A stretch of DNA of 58,376 bases, from assembly GCA_963578775.1 (NCBI GenBank), contig CAUZEG010000004.1, forward strand, positions 1 through 58,376, in the 5' to 3' direction. The stretch is from Myxococcales bacterium (GTDB lineage Bacteria; Myxococcota_A; UBA9042; UBA3505). Made by a program: the position numbers and the translations under genes. Under the pieces are notes generated by a model, which was given only the letters and a program-made list of their open reading frames with translations, had not been told where the DNA came from and made no database searches. Each line of letters starts with the position of its first letter. Within the stretch, counting starts at the first letter, position 1. This document shows, piece after piece, positions 55,453 through 58,376 of the stretch.

Positions 55453-56124
55453 TCAATTAGGAACGGGGAAAATTTGGTCGATCTGTATAACTTCACACAT
55501 TCCGTGCTGGCAGCGGAGCGCAGCGGCCACCCAGATACTGTTCTCCTCCAACGTTTCCTTGGTAATAATCCAATTTAGTAATACAGGGCCCAGAAAAATC
55601 TCCATATCGGGTAAAACCTCTATCGCACCGGCTTCGTCCTTATAGTAATGAACCAATAGCAAGTACTGACCATCAATCCCATAAAGAGTGCCACTCTCCG
55701 TGCCGGCGTTCTCTCCTTCCTGCAATACCGGGTTGTCCGTCTCGTCTCCGACGACTCCCCAGTCCAGATCGCTAGTGCCCGAGTCATTGGCCATCTTACA
55801 ATTGTCATAAAAGCAGTCTTCGGTCGGATTACCAAACAGGTCTAAGCCCATTTCAACCGAAGTACTGGGATCTGGCAGCCGAATAATATGAATATCCAGA
55901 TCCGCATCGGGTTCATCCCAACCTAATTGAATAACTATTTTGGGGAATGGCGGTTCCGATCCGGAATCTACACTAATTTCCGTCAGGTCTTCCGCCTGCA
56001 GCACATCAGCCGCAGGGGTCGTATCGTCTGCGCTGTCGGGCACGCTCCCGCCACTACAACTCGCACTCAATAATGTTGTGCAAAGGAAAACGGTATAAAC
56101 GATTACTTGTAACAGCCGACGCAT
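55453..56124 (-). CDS. Hypothetical lipoprotein (223 aa), possibly a YfaP/DUF2135-like beta domain
   Basis: The leader is MRRLLQVIVYTVFLCTTLLSASCSGGS (lipobox). The block IQLGWDEPDADLDIHII ... DLDWG ... GQYLLLVHYY recalls the W..DLDLH signature of DUF2135. That recognition comes from memory only. Confidence 0.6.
   Translation of the reverse strand: MRRLLQVIVYTVFLCTTLLSASCSGGSVPDSADDTTPAADVLQAEDLTEISVDSGSEPPFPKIVIQLGWDEPDADLDIHIIRLPDPSTSVEMGLDLFGNPTEDCFYDNCKMANDSGTSDLDWGVVGDETDNPVLQEGENAGTESGTLYGIDGQYLLLVHYYKDEAGAIEVLPDMEIFLGPVLLNWIITKETLEENSIWVAAALRCQHGMCEVIQIDQIFPVPN
56042..56091 (-). repeat. Copy 2 of a 50-nt shared lipoprotein-leader segment
   Basis: acgctcccgccactacaactcgcactcaataatgttgtgcaaaggaaaac, compared by eye base by base with 55314-55363. 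Confidence 0.95.
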
Positions 56125-56202
56125 CCGGTCCTCAGATCAGGAAAGTAAATCTAACCAAATATCCCGGTGCTCGCACCTTTAATTCGAACTGCCCCTACTC
56201 GA

Positions 56203-58376
56203 TCACCAGGGCTCACATCGGGACGGCTGTGCAAAGACGCCGAAGTCCGTGCAGTAGCCCAGGCTGGTATCGCTATAGCCATCGTAGGGATCGCAAGGTT
56301 CACCTTCCTCGGCCTGGCCTGGGAGGCCATCGACAGAACAGGCCTTTATGCTCGGAAGAAGACAGGCTCCTTCACGACAGGCCGCCATACCGTAGGGTTC
56401 ACAGTCCGCGTCGATCGTGCAATTCGCAGTTCGACAAGCCGCCGGATCCTCGGGGCTCGGTGCGGCAGCAGAGCCATTGGGTAGGCCATCGTCCAGAAGA
56501 TCATTAAGTAGCCCCAACCCGCGCAGTTCTAGCCCCTGGCAAACGCTGGAGCCGATAGTACAGGTATCGGCTGGTACAGCGGTCGATGAATCATCGATCG
56601 AATACACATAGTCCAGTGCACCCCCAGCATTGCTGTTGAATTCGGCCAGATCATCCACAACAGCGATCTCTGTAATCGCGTAGAAGTCCGCTAAAGCCAT
56701 ATCCGCATTGATGAAGGCCACGGCAACATGCCGGCCTCCTGTCAGGTCCGTTGCATCAAAGAGAAAACTGTCGAAATTTGTCCCGCCGCCAACCGTCGTG
56801 TTGAGAAGAAGGAAAGCATTTGCATACGCATTTCCAGGGCCCGGATTGTAGAAGGCGAGCCCAAAGTCCGCGATGAGGAGGTACTCACGGCTGTCGTATA
56901 TCGAGCCATCGATCGAAGCGGCCTGAATCGTCGTAGTACCAGCAAGATCGAAGGACCCATTAAAGTCGATCAGCCCAACGTTATCGAGAATTTCTGCTTT
57001 TTTCGCCACGCTGATGCCATTGACGTCCACTATGTACACATAGTTCCCGACCGGAGGTGGAGGCGGACCCCCCTGGTAGTAGACAAGCGCATTGGCTCCA
57101 GAGGCATCGTGGCAGGATTCGAAGCAGGCCGTCACCCACTCGGGTAAGCCCGGCAAAAGGTACGCTTTCACATCGGCACAATATCCCGCTTCTCCGGTTG
57201 GGCCCGTACATGCATCTCCCGGCCCCCCATAACCGCCCGCAGCCGGGTTATAACAGAGATCGCCGAATTCACATTCGCCGCTGGCGAGGTTGCATTGCCA
57301 TGTATCTCCGGAACAATCCGCGTTTGCCGTACATTTCTGGTCGCAAACAGCGGCCGGTGCATATACCCCGACGTAGCCAGGAGAGAGAGCCTGGCATGCG
57401 CTGAGATCACCCTGTGGACAGCTGGACGCGTCCGGATGGGTACAGCCAGGTAAACAAACGGAGACCGTGCTATCGGCAGCAGCCAACACGCAATATCCGG
57501 CCAGGTCGTTCGCCGTACAGGTGGTTCCTTCCGGATAGAAGGCCGTCGGTTCCCCGGTCGCGGGATCGACCGCCATAACACAGGCCGCGGAGTCGGGAAT
57601 CGTACAAACTCCCGTATCACAGCCCAGACTTGAGACGTCCACGCAATCTGCGTCCACATCACAGCCGGAAGAGCCGCTCACACAGGCCGCCGCATCATCC
57701 GACCAGGCCCCAGCCGCACAATCTTTCATCAATACACCCGCATCCTCGAACCCACATGCGGTGCTACTGGGCTCGCGGCTTCCATTCACGCATATATCCG
57801 TACCCGTGCAGGTTTCGTTGTCGACCCAGGCTCCACCAGTGCAGTCCTGTATAAGGACGCCTTCGTCATTCAGACCACAGACAGTGGCCCCTTCCTGCGC
57901 TTCACCGTTCACGCACACATCGATGCCCGTGCAATTGGGCGCTGCTGGGGGGTTTCCACCACCACAGGTACAACAAACCATGGTGGCATCTACGCCATCC
58001 ACTGCGTAAGTAGAAGCGGTGGCGCAATTGTCTGGATCTGCGTACCACGAACCACTGCAATCATCTCCAAAGGAATCTTCCCAGACATCATCGTCAACGC
58101 ATTCGATCACGTCATCAACCCAGCCGCCGTCTTCGCAGTTCTGCATCACAGTGCCCTCATCGTTGAGACCACAGATCGTCGGGCCCACCTGCGTGGTTTC
58201 GTTTACGCAAATATCCGTACCCGTACAATTGGGTTGTGGATCGCCCAGAGTCCCCCCTCCGCAGACGCAACAAACGTCGGTCGCAGCCACACCACTCTCG
58301 TCGGCCCATATATCGGCGCTGGAACACCAGGACGGAGTCGCAGTGTACTCGTCGCAACCATCTCCATATAAGTCGA
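56203..58376 (-). CDS. Very large secreted Cys-rich modular protein, C-terminal >=724 codons; the gene continues beyond the right edge of the window
   Basis: The track starts this ORF at GTG 58290. The same frame stays open to 58376 (..DLYGDGCDEYTATPSWCSSADIWADESGVAATDVCCVCGGG) and repeats the downstream module (DSFGDDCSGSWYADPDNC..ATMVCCTCGGG), so the true start lies outside the window. Confidence 0.75.
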   Translation of the reverse strand, partial: DLYGDGCDEYTATPSWCSSADIWADESGVAATDVCCVCGGGTLGDPQPNCTGTDICVNETTQVGPTICGLNDEGTVMQNCEDGGWVDDVIECVDDDVWEDSFGDDCSGSWYADPDNCATASTYAVDGVDATMVCCTCGGGNPPAAPNCTGIDVCVNGEAQEGATVCGLNDEGVLIQDCTGGAWVDNETCTGTDICVNGSREPSSTACGFEDAGVLMKDCAAGAWSDDAAACVSGSSGCDVDADCVDVSSLGCDTGVCTIPDSAACVMAVDPATGEPTAFYPEGTTCTANDLAGYCVLAAADSTVSVCLPGCTHPDASSCPQGDLSACQALSPGYVGVYAPAAVCDQKCTANADCSGDTWQCNLASGECEFGDLCYNPAAGGYGGPGDACTGPTGEAGYCADVKAYLLPGLPEWVTACFESCHDASGANALVYYQGGPPPPPVGNYVYIVDVNGISVAKKAEILDNVGLIDFNGSFDLAGTTTIQAASIDGSIYDSREYLLIADFGLAFYNPGPGNAYANAFLLLNTTVGGGTNFDSFLFDATDLTGGRHVAVAFINADMALADFYAITEIAVVDDLAEFNSNAGGALDYVYSIDDSSTAVPADTCTIGSSVCQGLELRGLGLLNDLLDDGLPNGSAAAPSPEDPAACRTANCTIDADCEPYGMAACREGACLLPSIKACSVDGLPGQAEEGEPCDPYDGYSDTSLGYCTDFGVFAQPSRCEPW

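Overview
This 58.4-kb window looks like ordinary chromosome, with moderately high GC by eye. The genome appears to be Myxococcota/deltaproteobacterial-type, judging from a MYXO-CTERM-like sorting tail, MopE-type metal-binding repeats and many lipobox leaders. I can support about 40 protein genes, one tRNA-Thr(CGU), three clear rho-independent terminators and several in-frame tandem repeats. I saw no rRNA, CRISPR array, transposase or integrase.

Housekeeping genes:
- hutU (partial; missing from the ORF track) and a pssA-like gene
- a glutaredoxin, a crotonase and enolase
- aceE and an SDR
- a Sir2 deacylase and aconitase
- a DHH phosphoesterase, a Nudix CoA-pyrophosphatase-like gene and folE

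Membrane and energy modules:
- a TatT-associated TRAP transporter operon
- a same-strand block of extended MFS transporter, Rieske protein, cytochrome b/c fusion and YafJ-like amidotransferase

The unusual content is a very dense set of exported, mostly lipobox-bearing, cysteine-rich modular proteins:
- a prodomain-less matrixin
- a CRTAC1-like FG-GAP protein
- a DPGQTE-repeat protein
- three tandem genes that share an unrecognised 22-Cys C-terminal module, one of which also carries about 16 copies of an 8-Cys repeat
- a MopE-repeat lipoprotein
- an M64 metallopeptidase
- a partial giant Cys-module protein

Thioredoxin-fold genes sit among these. Two of them are translationally coupled to exported-protein genes.

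There are also footprints of module shuffling:
- a 48/50-nt identical lipoprotein leader on two otherwise unrelated genes
- a relic 3' tail between those two genes
- a 31-codon micro-ORF that copies the C-terminal tail of the upstream gene

All family calls rest on motifs I read in the translations. No database search was run.
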